A stretch of DNA of 64,000 nt, taken from positions 3,648,001 through 3,712,000 of the forward strand of contig CAXXLX010000001.1 of NCBI GenBank assembly GCA_963665235.2, read 5' to 3'. How positions within the stretch are numbered: the stretch's first letter is position 1; the number at the start of each line of letters is the position of its first letter. The DNA comes from Candidatus Poribacteria bacterium. Its GTDB lineage: Bacteria; Poribacteria; WGA-4E; WGA-3G. Positions 9,369 to 20,237 of this stretch are shown one piece after another. The notes beneath the pieces are model-generated. The model was not told the DNA's origin and searched no databases. It saw nothing but the letters and a program-made list of their open reading frames with translations. A program made the translations under genes and the position numbers.

Positions 9369-10026
9369 CTGCTCGACCTATATCATCAACTCCGAGCACA
9401 ATATGGACCCCATAATGGCCCCCAAGTGGTGGCCCGCGGATACGCCGTTTGAAGTGGCAATCGGTGCCATCTTAACGCAAGCCACAGCATGGCGGAACGT
9501 AGAGAAGGCGATTGACAACCTCAAAGTAGCGGAGGTTTTTACGCCTGAACGGATACAAGCTATCAGCCAGGTCGAATTGGAACATCTTCTCCATCCCTCC
9601 GGATATTATCGTGCAAAAGCGAAGAAGGTTCGCGCCTTTGTGGAACATATTGCAGAACGTCCCATGCCCGTGATGTTTACCCAAGATGTCCCCGAATTAC
9701 GTGAGGAGCTGCTCTCTATCTACGGTGTCGGTCCGGAAACAGCTGACTCAATTATCCTCTACGCCGCAGAGAAGCCTAGCTTTGTCGTGGATACTTACAC
9801 CTATAGACTCCTCTACCGATTGGGGTGGGTTGATGGAAATTATCATTATGCGAAACTCCGGGCTCTCTTTATGGATAATCTACCGCACGATGTCGCTCTG
9901 TTTAACGAATACCACGCGCTAATCGTTCGTCATGGTGCAAGAGTATGCCAGAAAACACCAAAATGTCAAGCATGTTGTTTGCAAAACGTGTGTGCATATT
10001 TTCAACGTGAAACTGAAGATATTTAA
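9333..10026 (+). pseudogene. endonuclease III-related HhH-GPD glycosylase with a 1-nt frameshift near 9419-9423
   Basis: WWPADTPFEVAIGAILTQ, HhH LLSIYGVGPETADSI, VDTY, C-terminal CQKTPKCQACCL..C; the natural N-terminus LLDLYHQLRAQYGP is in another frame starting at ATG 9333. Confidence 0.8.
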
Positions 10027-10207
10027 TTTTGTAGCATAAACTTGTCAGTTCGCGCAGCAATAGGCGGAAAAGGACGCGGTTTGCACCACGGTTCGGACAT
10101 CATAAGCAAAAAAAACGCTGGACGATTCCCTTTTTTGCGTAAGTTGTATATTAAATACTGTCTACCGCTCGAAATTTGAAAAAAATGACATTTTTTGGAA
10201 TTTTAAC

Positions 10208-10236
10208 TTGACAAATGCTTTTTTAGCGTGTATGAT
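10208..10236 (+). promoter_or_regulatory. sigma70-like promoter
   Basis: TTGACA-17 nt-TATGAT. Confidence 0.65.
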
Positions 10237-10385
10237 TAATAATATGGATATGCACAGACTTGCAGTCTATGCACAACACCGATTTTACTGCTATTAAGGT
10301 GGCAACTTCGGTTAGGTTATGAAGCATCGTCCATTTTTGGCGAAGGTATTGGCTTTAAGCATGGCAACATTTAAGGAGGAAAATA

Positions 10386-11255
10386 ATGTTAACATTAAGA
10401 TCAATCGGTATCGCAGTAGCGATAACATGTTCCCTTCTGTTCGGGATGGTCAATAGCAGCGATGCTGCTGAGATAACGTCTATGTCTTTATATGCGAGTG
10501 ATTACGGATACACCACTGTTCTTCTGACAGCCGATGAAGATATAGACTTTGTAGAATGGTCGATAAATCGTGATCCCCATGACCCTGACTCTGAATATGA
10601 AAAACTATTCACAAGTTCACACAGTGACAGAAGTATCGAGGTATACTTGGGATTCTTCCCGGGACACATTAAAGGTAAAAAGTATCGCATAAAGGCAGTC
10701 GCGTGGTTTAGGAATGAGGATAATACGTTCACCACGAACACCGACACTGTGCCGAACACAGTCTATCAACCGATAACCACATCTGGCATTCTCAAGACCG
10801 AAGAAGACGGCGGCAAAGACGGAAAATTCCGAGTCACCGGTGCCTATGGTTATGCGGCCATTTATCGTCAGTATTTTGATGGACTCGTTTTCGGCATGAG
10901 TGGCTCTGCCTATGCATCTAACGGGACTCAGCACACACTCAGCGCTGTCGCCTGGTTCCGACATCGAGAGTACACCGGCGAAGACGGCGCGGTTTTAGAT
11001 GAAAAACTAGATAACAAGTCAAGCAAGGAAATTAAGCCCGGTCAATCGTATAATGTTTTATCCAATCCTATGATTCTCGAATATTGGCACGGTAGACCTA
11101 TGAGACGGAATGAAGAGCGTTTTTTTAATGCACATACCCATCTCCAAGTGTCTAGCACTAGAGGGGCGCGGATTGTAGATGATTGGGAAGCAGATACACA
11201 ACAACAGACAGGGACAGCTGCTGTGAAGTTTACGCATGAAGATAATCCGGAGTAG
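10386..11255 (+). CDS. secreted hypothetical protein
   Basis: AAGGAGG RBS, signal peptide ending SDA, beta-rich body. Confidence 0.85.
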   Translation: MLTLRSIGIAVAITCSLLFGMVNSSDAAEITSMSLYASDYGYTTVLLTADEDIDFVEWSINRDPHDPDSEYEKLFTSSHSDRSIEVYLGFFPGHIKGKKYRIKAVAWFRNEDNTFTTNTDTVPNTVYQPITTSGILKTEEDGGKDGKFRVTGAYGYAAIYRQYFDGLVFGMSGSAYASNGTQHTLSAVAWFRHREYTGEDGAVLDEKLDNKSSKEIKPGQSYNVLSNPMILEYWHGRPMRRNEERFFNAHTHLQVSSTRGARIVDDWEADTQQQTGTAAVKFTHEDNPE

Positions 11256-11315
11256 TCAATCCATTATACCGGCAGGGGACACGCGCCCTTGCCACTCTCT
11301 AAAAGGAGCAACGTT

Positions 11316-12368
11316 ATGAATGGATACAAAGTTTTTTTGCTATGCTTGCTGCTTCTGCTTTGGTCGACCGTAGCCTATACCAAAATCCTTTTCGGTTCAG
11401 AACGCGACGGGGAGGTAGGCAAACCCAGCGGCGGGGTGCCGGGTATCTACGTAATGGACGACGATGGCAGCAACCTGACACTTCTTATAGAAAGCAAAGA
11501 GTGGAAACCAGGATCCGCGCGCTGGTCGCCCGACGGTAAACAGATTGTGTTTGAGTACGGTGTTGACGTCTACTTGATGAATCCGGATGGCACATCTGTT
11601 CGCCGCCTCATAAATAGAGAAATAGATACTTTTCTCATGGGTTTTTCATTTTCACCGGACAGTAAATCCATCGTTTTTAGTAGAGATTTTGATAGGAGAA
11701 ACACCATCACCGTGATGGACATTGCAACGAGAGAGATGAAAGTCATCGCGGACGTAGATGCTGTCAATTGCGAGGTGTCCCCGGATGGCAAACAGATTGT
11801 GTTTGATAAACCTTCGGCAGTCGGTGGTGGCGGGAACACAATATGGATTATGGATGCAGATGGTCATAAGCGGCACCCACGTATTCGCCCACTTATTCCG
11901 CCTCCCCCGCAGCAACAATTCTTTACCCACCGATTAAAACCGCGCTGGTCTCCTGATGGACAAAAAATTCTGTTTATGCAAAGAGAGTATATTTACAAGC
12001 AGTGGCCCGGTCTGGGGAACGCGCTAATCTACCTTGCACATCGGTATATGATTTGTGATCGAAACGGAGAGAACATCAAACAACTTGGAATACCCATAGA
12101 CTACGACGGGGTCAGCGCGGCCTGGGCGGATGACGGAGCATCTGTCGTTTTTACAGCGCGTAAAGATATGCCGTTGAATGAACCGATACCGAGAGATTTT
12201 GTGTGGCCCCCGAGTTATGTCTATAAATATCATATACGGACAGACAAAATCACACAGCTCACAGACGACCCAGGGTGGGATCAAATAATAGATTGGATCA
12301 GCGATGATGTGCTGCCTGTCTCACCAGCAGGCAAAAAAAAAGTAACGTGGGGGACACTCAAGCAGTAG
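11316..12368 (+). CDS. secreted TolB-like (PD40) beta-propeller with a C-terminal TWG tail
   Basis: signal peptide; repeated WSPDGKQI/FSPDSKSI/VSPDGKQI; ends VSPAGKKKVTWGTLKQ. Confidence 0.9.
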   Translation: MNGYKVFLLCLLLLLWSTVAYTKILFGSERDGEVGKPSGGVPGIYVMDDDGSNLTLLIESKEWKPGSARWSPDGKQIVFEYGVDVYLMNPDGTSVRRLINREIDTFLMGFSFSPDSKSIVFSRDFDRRNTITVMDIATREMKVIADVDAVNCEVSPDGKQIVFDKPSAVGGGGNTIWIMDADGHKRHPRIRPLIPPPPQQQFFTHRLKPRWSPDGQKILFMQREYIYKQWPGLGNALIYLAHRYMICDRNGENIKQLGIPIDYDGVSAAWADDGASVVFTARKDMPLNEPIPRDFVWPPSYVYKYHIRTDKITQLTDDPGWDQIIDWISDDVLPVSPAGKKKVTWGTLKQ

Positions 12369-12410
12369 ATTAGACAAAATCAAAAGAACATTCCATCCGT
12401 TTTACCTATC

Positions 12411-14054
12411 TCACCGCTTTTCCGTTATAATCAGCATCTGATTTGTCTCAACATTTTCAAAGGTTTCTACGTGTCCACAAAGCCACCGCACCGCTACTGA
12501 GTCAGCACGCGTCGCTGTGCCTAATCCGAAGTGCAACCGCATATCGCTTTGACTCAGATAACCGGAACCGCTTTTGACCTCTCGGATTTGCTGCAATTCT
12601 CCGGTGACAACCGTCACCCGTGCCCCAATTGCATCGCGAGCACAATGGGTGCCGAGTAACTGGACGCTTAGCCAACGCCCCGCGTTTCCAACTGCATTTT
12701 GCAAAACGGTCGGTGTGTCTTTCAGGTTAGCGACAACGATATCTACATCGCCGTCGTTATCAATATCGCCAAAGGCTGCGCCGCGGCTTACCTTCAGCGG
12801 GGATGCAACCGCTTCTGCGGCAAACGTTTGCCCTCGCTTGTTCCAGAAAAGTTGATTCGGTTGTGTGTATGTGCCGACCGGGTCCATCTCTGCAATATTA
12901 TCGTCGAGGTGCCCGTTAGCGACAAATAGGTCAAGCCAACCGTCGTTGTCAAAATCTACAAAGTCCACACCCCAAGCCAAATAGGGGAGACTCTTTTCGC
13001 CGATGCCTGAGGCAAAGCTCACATCGTTGAAAAACCCGTTTTGGGCGTTGTGATAGACGCTATTGACCTGATCTTGAAAGTTCGTAATGACGATATCGAG
13101 AAAACCGTCATTGTCAAAATCGCCGAGATTCGCGCCCATGCCGCTGTAGGCGCGTCCCTCCTCACTGAGGGCAACTCCAGCAAAAAGTGCATCTTCAGTA
13201 AACGTGCTGTCCCCGTTGTTGCGGTAGAGAAAATTTGGAGTGGTATCATTTGCCACAAAAATATCCACATCGCCATCGTTATCTACATCGCCGCAGACAA
13301 CGCCGAGCCCTTTGCCAGGGGGTGCCGTAATTCCTGCTTTTCGTGTTACATCAGTGAACGTGCCATCGCCGTTGTTGCGGTAGAGTCTATCTGCTGCCCC
13401 TGATAAGGCTTCAGGCGTACAATAGACCGGCACGCCGTGACGGGTGCACTCCGGATTTGCGTCTGTCCTGAATTGGACATAATTCACAACGTATAGGTCC
13501 AGATCGCCATCGGCATCATAGTCTAAAAAAGCGCATCCGCTACTGAGTCGATTGCAGCCGACACCCGCGTGCTTTGTTACGTCGGTGAACGTGCCATCGC
13601 CGTTGTTCCGATACAACACATTTGCGCCGTAGTTCGTCACATATAGGTCGGAGAAACCGTCGTTGTTATAATCTCCCACACAGCATCCCAAACCGTAACC
13701 TGTATCGCCGACACCTGCCTCGGTTGTCACATCGGTAAACGTACCATCACTGTTGCGATAAAGCGTGTTTTTCGGTGGAATTGGTGAGGTTGCCCCGGGT
13801 AAATCCCCTCCGTTGACGAGGTAAATATCTATAGCCCCATCGTTATCAAAGTCGAAGAGGGCAATCCCCCTTCCGAGCGGTTCGATGAAGTATTTTTTAC
13901 CGCTCTCACCGTTGGCATCGCGGAATTGGATACCGAGTTCTCTCGTCACATCGGCAAACCGTGCGGCAGCACTTTGTGTATCGCTCCAACCCGCTTCGAT
14001 ACCGGATAGCAGTATAAAAAATATTGTAAGATATATCAATTTTCTGTATGCCAT
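12411..14054 (-). CDS. CRTAC1-family protein (FG-GAP/VCBS repeats + ASPIC/UnbV)
   Basis: many GDxDNDG repeats, YRNNGDGTFTDVT, C-terminal SGSGYLSQSD.RLHFGLG. Confidence 0.95.
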   Translation of the reverse strand: MAYRKLIYLTIFFILLSGIEAGWSDTQSAAARFADVTRELGIQFRDANGESGKKYFIEPLGRGIALFDFDNDGAIDIYLVNGGDLPGATSPIPPKNTLYRNSDGTFTDVTTEAGVGDTGYGLGCCVGDYNNDGFSDLYVTNYGANVLYRNNGDGTFTDVTKHAGVGCNRLSSGCAFLDYDADGDLDLYVVNYVQFRTDANPECTRHGVPVYCTPEALSGAADRLYRNNGDGTFTDVTRKAGITAPPGKGLGVVCGDVDNDGDVDIFVANDTTPNFLYRNNGDSTFTEDALFAGVALSEEGRAYSGMGANLGDFDNDGFLDIVITNFQDQVNSVYHNAQNGFFNDVSFASGIGEKSLPYLAWGVDFVDFDNDGWLDLFVANGHLDDNIAEMDPVGTYTQPNQLFWNKRGQTFAAEAVASPLKVSRGAAFGDIDNDGDVDIVVANLKDTPTVLQNAVGNAGRWLSVQLLGTHCARDAIGARVTVVTGELQQIREVKSGSGYLSQSDMRLHFGLGTATRADSVAVRWLCGHVETFENVETNQMLIITEKR

Positions 14055-14278
14055 TGTGTGTAGATATGCTATAATGCTAAAAGTATATGTTCAATGGATA
14101 ATTCAGCATCATGTTACATGAGTTATTAAGCTAACTTAGAAAGAAATCCGCCTGCAACAGCGGCGCAGGCGAGCGGAGGCCCATGATTCAAATTTTTGTA
14201 TCGCATTGTGTGTATATATGCTATAATGCTAAAAATATATTTTTTTCTGAACTCAGTTCATCTATTAGGAGATATCTA

Positions 14279-15247
14279 ATGGCTAAAAATTTACGTTTTG
14301 GTGTTGTCGGTTTGGGCATGGGCATGAATCGCTCCGGTATGATTCACAGTACCGAGGGGGCTGACCTCGTGGCTGTTGCGGACCTGGATGCAGGTCGATG
14401 CAAAGCAGCGGAGGAACGTTTCGGATGCGAAAGCCATGGCGACGCGCTTGAGATGTTCGACCGCGACGATATTGACGTTGCAATGATTATGACCCCCAGT
14501 GGGCTCCACGGTAAACTCGGAGAAGAAGCAGCACGGCGCGGTAAACATGTTATCACGACAAAACCGATGGATGTCAGCGTCGAAAATTGTGATGCACTCA
14601 TAAAAACCTGTGAAGACAACGGTGTCAAATTGCTCGTTGACTTCGGTGAACGATACGGCACACACAATAGACGAATTAGGGCTGCGCTCGAACAGGGTGA
14701 AATCGGGAGACCGCTCTTGTGTGAACTTCGTATGAAATGGAAACGCCCGGATAGCTACTACGTCGGATGGCACGGCACATGGGAATTTGATGGCGGCGGC
14801 TCCATTATGAACCAGGGCGTGCATTACATTGACCTGATGTTGTGGTTTATGGGGCCCGTCAAACGTGTCATCGGGGCACACTTCGATGTTTATGATCACG
14901 AAAATTGTGAAACCGAGGATATGACCTCCGCAATACTGGAATTTGAAAACGGCGCGCTGGGTCACGTTCTGACAACGACAACGTTCCCGGGCAGTAGCGT
15001 TTCAATGATTCACATCCACGGCGAAAAGGGTATCGTTGGGCTCGGGCCAGAGATGTGGCAGTTTGCTGAAGGTGAAGAACCGGAGATTGAACTTCCGCCT
15101 TACCCCGGTAATGTTATCCAAGATATGCTCCGCGTCATCCATGAGGATGCTGCCCCCGCTGTTGACGGTTATGAGGGGAGACGTTCTGTTGCACTGAACA
15201 TGGCTATTTACGAATGTGCAAGGACCGGCCAATCGGTTACGTTATAG
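14279..15247 (+). CDS. Gfo/Idh/MocA oxidoreductase
   Basis: FGVVGLG, KHVITTKP, GGGSIMNQGVHYID. Confidence 0.92.
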   Translation: MAKNLRFGVVGLGMGMNRSGMIHSTEGADLVAVADLDAGRCKAAEERFGCESHGDALEMFDRDDIDVAMIMTPSGLHGKLGEEAARRGKHVITTKPMDVSVENCDALIKTCEDNGVKLLVDFGERYGTHNRRIRAALEQGEIGRPLLCELRMKWKRPDSYYVGWHGTWEFDGGGSIMNQGVHYIDLMLWFMGPVKRVIGAHFDVYDHENCETEDMTSAILEFENGALGHVLTTTTFPGSSVSMIHIHGEKGIVGLGPEMWQFAEGEEPEIELPPYPGNVIQDMLRVIHEDAAPAVDGYEGRRSVALNMAIYECARTGQSVTL

Positions 15248-15299
15248 TTTTTCGCTTTCCTCCCATCCCGTTTGTAGGCGCGCTTTGTGAGCGTGCCTA

Positions 15300-17987
15300 C
15301 TACTTTTCCGCTTTTGCTTTCAAATCGTAGAGGATGTTTACAGCATCTAGCGGTGTTACCTGCGCGAGCTCTAACTGTCGTATTTCTTCAATGAGTGGAT
15401 GCGTTTTAGGTGTGAAAAGTGCCATCTGTAGTGCATCGTTCTGTAGCATTTTTCGAGAGACGCGTCGTTGCGGTTTCGGCATTTTTGGGTTCGCTTTCGG
15501 GGGTTGCCCCGTTGCCGCATCCGCCTCAACGCTGATATTGTGTTGCTCAAGCACTTCAAGGATCTGTTGTGCGCGGGAAATCACGGCTTGCGGTAACCCT
15601 GCCAGCCGTGCAACGTGAATTCCGTAACTCTGGTCAGCCCCGCCGGGGACAACTTTCCGGAGGAACGTCACCTTTTGTCCATCTTCATGGACAGCGACGT
15701 TGTAATTCTTTGCACGTTTGTATTTGCTGGCAAGTTCTACCAGCTCGTGATAGTGGGTTGCGAACAACGTTTTGGCACCCATCCGTTCCTCATCGAGCAG
15801 ATATTCTGAAACTGCCCATGCGATACTGAGTCCATCAAACGTGCTTGTTCCGCGTCCGACCTCGTCAAAAATAACGAGACTTTTACGGGTGGCGTTGTTG
15901 AGGATATTGGCTGTTTCGTTCATCTCCACAAGGAAGGTGCTCTGTCCCATCACGAGGTTATCTGACGCGCCGACGCGTGTGAAAATCCGGTCTACTAAAC
16001 CGATTTTCGCTGCGGATGCTGGTACGAAACACCCGACCTGTGCCATCAATACAATCAGGGCAGTTTGCCGCAAGTACGTACTCTTGCCGCTCATATTCGG
16101 GCCCGTGATGATATGCAACTGTTCGTCATCGCAGTTGAGAAGTGTATCGTTCGGAACAAACCCCTCCTGTGTGAACAGCTGCTCGACCACCGGATGCCTG
16201 CCATCACGAATCACGATTTCATCATCAGCCGTCACAGTCGGTTTGGCATAATTGTATTTCGAGGCGATGTATGCGAAATTGGCGAGGATATCAATCATCG
16301 CAAGTGCGGCGGCAATTTTTTGGATAGCCTCTGTAAACTGTGCCACTTCGTCCCGAATCTGACCGAAGAGTTCATACTCCAGTGTCTGTATGCGGTCCTC
16401 TGCGTTTAAAACCTTTGCTTCCTGCTCCTTGAGTTCCGGGGTGATAAATCGCTCGGAGTTCCGTAGGGTTTGTCTCCGTATATAGTGGTCCGGGACCATG
16501 GAGAGGTTCGGTTTTGTCACATCAATGTAATAGCCGAAGACCTGATTGTAACCGATTTTCAAGGATTGGATACCGCTCCGTTTCCGTTCCTCCTCCTGCA
16601 TGGCGGCTATCCAGTCCTTTCCTTTTCCGACAATCTCCCGAAGTTCATCAAGTTCTTCGTTATAACCGTCACATATCACCCCCCCTTCACGGATAGTTGT
16701 GGGGGGCTCAGGGTGAATTCCACGTTCGATGAGGTCGGCAACCTCTGTAAGCGGGTCTAAGGTCCCGTTGAGGGATGTGAGCAATGTGCTCGCACAGTTT
16801 TGCAATTGTGCTTTGACATTGGGAATCAGGCGCAGGGAGTCTTTGAGTGAATGCAGATCGCGTCCGTTGACAGAGCCGAGGCTGATACGCGAGATGAGCC
16901 TTTCAATATCGTACATCTGTTGAAGTGCTTCACGCAAGTCCTCCTGTAGACCAATCTGGGTTTTGAGTTCGTCGACTGCGCTGAGACGTTCCTCAATTTC
17001 TTTTTCATTGAGCAGCGGTTTCAAGAGGCATTGGCGCATTTTTCTACCGCCCATGGATGTTACCGTCTGGTCTAGAACTTCAAGCAGCGTCCCTTTTTCG
17101 GAGCCGTCGCGAATAGAGGTTGTCAGTTCAAGATTGCGTTGTGTGTCGGCATCCAATACCATAAAATCGGCGAGGGTGTAGGTGTGCAGCGAGAGAATGT
17201 GCTCAACCTCCTGTTTTTGTGTTTCGTTTAGGTAATAGATAAGGGCACCGGCGGCACATATAGCGGTGGAGAGGTGTTCGCATCCGAATCCATCCAGCGA
17301 AATGGTTTGGAAGTGTGTGAGGAGTTCTGTTCGGGCTGTATCTTCATCAAATCGCCAATCAGGTAAAGAATTGAGTGTCACTTTGAGTTCGGTTTTGAGC
17401 CTGTCGAACATTGTCTCATCCTCGAAGGTGTCGGAGAAGAGACACTCTTTTGGAGAAAAGCGGTGTATCTCTGCCCAGAGACGTTCGCTATCCGTAAGTT
17501 CGGTTACCATAAATTCACCCGTTGACAGATCGGCGATTGCTAACCCGTACGTGTCTTTGTTGTTGAGATAAATTGAGATAAGATAATTGTTAATCTTCTG
17601 CTCAAGTGCCTTCGGGTCAGTTACGGTGCCGGGCGTAACAATTCGGACGATATCGCGTTTGACAAGTCGGTTTTCTTCGCGTGCCTTTTTGGCATCCTCT
17701 ACCTGCTCCAAAATTGCGACCTTATGTCCAGCTTTGACAAGCTTGTAGAGATAGGAGTCTAGGGCGTGGTGAGGTATACCGGCCATCGGCGGTGATGGCT
17801 CTTTCTGATTTTTATGACTTCTGGCAGTCAAAGTGATTTCAAGCAGCCGGGAAATTAATTCTGCATCTTCAAAGAAAGCTTCGTAGAAATCACCCACGCG
17901 GCAGAGTAGAATAGCGTCTTCGTTCTGTTTTTTTACCTGTTTATAGATTTCCATCAATGATGGTTCAGATTGTTTCAAACGTGACAT
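15300..17987 (-). CDS. mutS: DNA mismatch repair protein MutS
   Basis: GDFYE, TPGT, ITGPNMSGKST, STFLVEM, DEVGRGTST, FATHY, SYGIHVA. Confidence 0.98.
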   Translation of the reverse strand: MSRLKQSEPSLMEIYKQVKKQNEDAILLCRVGDFYEAFFEDAELISRLLEITLTARSHKNQKEPSPPMAGIPHHALDSYLYKLVKAGHKVAILEQVEDAKKAREENRLVKRDIVRIVTPGTVTDPKALEQKINNYLISIYLNNKDTYGLAIADLSTGEFMVTELTDSERLWAEIHRFSPKECLFSDTFEDETMFDRLKTELKVTLNSLPDWRFDEDTARTELLTHFQTISLDGFGCEHLSTAICAAGALIYYLNETQKQEVEHILSLHTYTLADFMVLDADTQRNLELTTSIRDGSEKGTLLEVLDQTVTSMGGRKMRQCLLKPLLNEKEIEERLSAVDELKTQIGLQEDLREALQQMYDIERLISRISLGSVNGRDLHSLKDSLRLIPNVKAQLQNCASTLLTSLNGTLDPLTEVADLIERGIHPEPPTTIREGGVICDGYNEELDELREIVGKGKDWIAAMQEEERKRSGIQSLKIGYNQVFGYYIDVTKPNLSMVPDHYIRRQTLRNSERFITPELKEQEAKVLNAEDRIQTLEYELFGQIRDEVAQFTEAIQKIAAALAMIDILANFAYIASKYNYAKPTVTADDEIVIRDGRHPVVEQLFTQEGFVPNDTLLNCDDEQLHIITGPNMSGKSTYLRQTALIVLMAQVGCFVPASAAKIGLVDRIFTRVGASDNLVMGQSTFLVEMNETANILNNATRKSLVIFDEVGRGTSTFDGLSIAWAVSEYLLDEERMGAKTLFATHYHELVELASKYKRAKNYNVAVHEDGQKVTFLRKVVPGGADQSYGIHVARLAGLPQAVISRAQQILEVLEQHNISVEADAATGQPPKANPKMPKPQRRVSRKMLQNDALQMALFTPKTHPLIEEIRQLELAQVTPLDAVNILYDLKAKAEK

Positions 17988-18299
17988 ATCTGTCTCCTTG
18001 TCGTTATTTCGGTCTGTTTTTTTTAACCACGAAAAGTTTCTTTTAATACCATAGCATGGATTATATTCTATGTCAAGCTTTTTTTAATTGGGCACCAGGG
18101 CCATTTAGTTCTCGATATTTTTCGCCGGTGTTTTCAACACCCGTCTTATGTAGGAGCGAGCTGGGCTCGCGATAGGAAGGAACGAGCTGCAGGTTACCCA
18201 AATGTCAAGGTGCATTCAAAAATCGAGTTAGGATTCTGCAAGAGGTGGGTAAATATTTTGTCAAAAGGAGAGTTGGGACGGATGAGCTCCTGGTCAAAT

Positions 18300-19025
18300 T
18301 TAGTCCTTCGTCTCGATGCCAAGATATTTCAGCTCTGCTTTGATGTCCGGAGGATACTGAATCTCGTAGAGTTTGATAGGCGCAGTGGCGAAGTGCATCT
18401 TCGGATATAACGGTCTAAAGAATCGAATACCCTCCGGATTTCTGTTCAGGAAAGAGTCTTGTGGGTCGTGCGGGGTTTGCAGCAGATGGGTTGCCTTGTG
18501 TGTTTTTAGGAAAATAAGTGCCCCACGTTCGGTAGCCGCACGGTCACTGCCTGCCGGTCCAGTATAAATGCAAGCAGCAGTTTTCGTTTCTGTATATGCT
18601 TGTGCATGTGTGGACCGCCATGTGGAAATCACCCCACAATCACCGATATATGTAGGCGTTGCACGCGAGGCATCTCCTGCGTCACCACCTATTTTGTCTA
18701 CGCCATTAATAATTACTTTAGCCAAAACTGCCCGAACTTTTCCATATCCAGAGGCTACTGTTGAGATACGAATATCTACAGTATCTCTGGCTTTCCATTC
18801 AAATGTGACCGGGTGATATATCCCTGGACCACTTGAGTTCTGACAGTCTTTGTAGTCATGTGATACCATCCCACACGTTCCATACCTTGTTACCTTCCCC
18901 GTGCTAGCGGAAATAAATGGTTCCCCAATAGTGACTGTAGATTCTCCTCCGGGGGTTTGCGTTAAACCAATGCTTGTAAAACCGAGGGAAAAGATTAAAG
19001 TCAATAAGAACAATCGTTTAAACAT
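18300..19025 (-). CDS. secreted hypothetical protein, gene 3 of cassette copy 1
   Basis: AGGAG RBS, signal peptide; weak N-terminal similarity to 60394..61674. Confidence 0.75.
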   Translation of the reverse strand: MFKRLFLLTLIFSLGFTSIGLTQTPGGESTVTIGEPFISASTGKVTRYGTCGMVSHDYKDCQNSSGPGIYHPVTFEWKARDTVDIRISTVASGYGKVRAVLAKVIINGVDKIGGDAGDASRATPTYIGDCGVISTWRSTHAQAYTETKTAACIYTGPAGSDRAATERGALIFLKTHKATHLLQTPHDPQDSFLNRNPEGIRFFRPLYPKMHFATAPIKLYEIQYPPDIKAELKYLGIETKD

Positions 19026-19065
19026 AATTAGCTCCTTGTTGCAAATAGCTCTGGAAATTTTATAG

Positions 19066-19816
19066 TTAATAGGCAGGTAAATGTCCTAGTCCCCATTCTT
19101 CGTATAGTTTGGCGCGCATTTCTTTGGCTCTACGCCTTATTTCATTTTGGTACGCTTCTGTCTCATACAGAGAGGTTGGAGCTATAACAGAATATGTAAA
19201 ATCAGGAATTTCACCTTGTGCTGATGCTTTGAATGCCTCAATTTTAGCGGTAATACGTGCGTATTCCGCGTCATCCTTGTTCTCATATGCAGCCTCTAGC
19301 TCACTCACCAATTTTTGATAGTGTGCATACTGTTCGGGCGTAGGCGCGAAATCAATACGTGTAAACACGTTAAAGATAGGTTCATAGTAGCTGAACAAAC
19401 GAGGTTTGCCGTTTTCGTCTAATACCGTGGTATTATCGGCGTGCACGCGATAGTAGAAACCTTCAGGGGGCGGTTTAAGTCCAAAGCTTGCATAAAACTC
19501 TTCTTCGGTGATATCCGGTTTTTCGGTGACTATTCGATAGTTTTTTTCCTTGAAGTGGAGGCAGTTGTGTTTTATGCCAATGGTCGCCATGCCAATATCC
19601 GCTCGTTTCGGTTTCACCAGGGGGCGGTGGTTTGGCAGCACCCTGTGCGTTCCGTTCGGCGATGTCATCCTTAATCTTTTGGATAACTTCCGGTGACGGA
19701 GGTTCATAAACAACATCAGGTTCCATGTCGACGTTCCGCTGCGTCAGCAGGAAAACACCAACCGTGAATAGGATAACAATGAAGACAGCTATTCCCCAAT
19801 ACATTTTTCTACGCAT
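19066..19816 (-). pseudogene. membrane-anchored protein, gene 2 of cassette copy 1, split at an A7 run (19541-19547)
   Basis: 5' half matches the N-terminus and 3' half the C-terminus of intact 61702..62430; removing one A restores the frame. Confidence 0.85.
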
Positions 19817-19828
19817 AGTAAATCCTCC

Positions 19829-20236
19829 TTATTTTCGACTATCCCTTATATCGCCGAGGTGCTGCGATAGAGGGCATTTGACAGATGGACACGGTGATTT
19901 TTCCGGGAGCTCCTTGTTACAGGTCCATTCTATACAAGCGGGAGCGTCTGTTTGTGTCGCAGCAATCCGTTTGATTGTGCCAAACAGCAGGCACCCACCC
20001 ATCAAAACAATCAGAGCCGTGGTGAAGCCTATCTTGCGCCAGCGGTGCCTTTTCGGTTGCGGAGTGTCCTGATGTTTTAGGGACAGAAACCCCCATAACG
20101 AAATAGCAAAGGCGACGACACTGAGGCGAAGCCCGTGCTGCGCAAAAAAGAGCGCACAGAACGAACTTACGATGAGACCTCCAAATGCAGCCACGGCGGC
20201 TCTATTGACGTTCGTTGTTAAAAGTTTCGTTTTCAC
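19829..20236 (-). CDS. small 3-TM membrane protein with a Cys4 tail, gene 1 of cassette copy 1
   Basis: GGAGG + GTG at 20236; near-identical to 62443..62850; tail C-x4-C-x9-C-x4-C. Confidence 0.7.
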   Translation of the reverse strand: MKTKLLTTNVNRAAVAAFGGLIVSSFCALFFAQHGLRLSVVAFAISLWGFLSLKHQDTPQPKRHRWRKIGFTTALIVLMGGCLLFGTIKRIAATQTDAPACIEWTCNKELPEKSPCPSVKCPLSQHLGDIRDSRK

Positions 20237-20237
20237 A

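Noticed and set aside
19541-19547. Programmed -1 ribosomal frameshift at the A7 run
   Set aside because: The -1 frame hits TAG within a few codons; the homologous continuation needs +1
19725-20072. Conserved antisense ORFs in both cassette copies (also 62189..62686)
   Set aside because: Explained by the recent DNA duplication of the sense genes; no RBS evident
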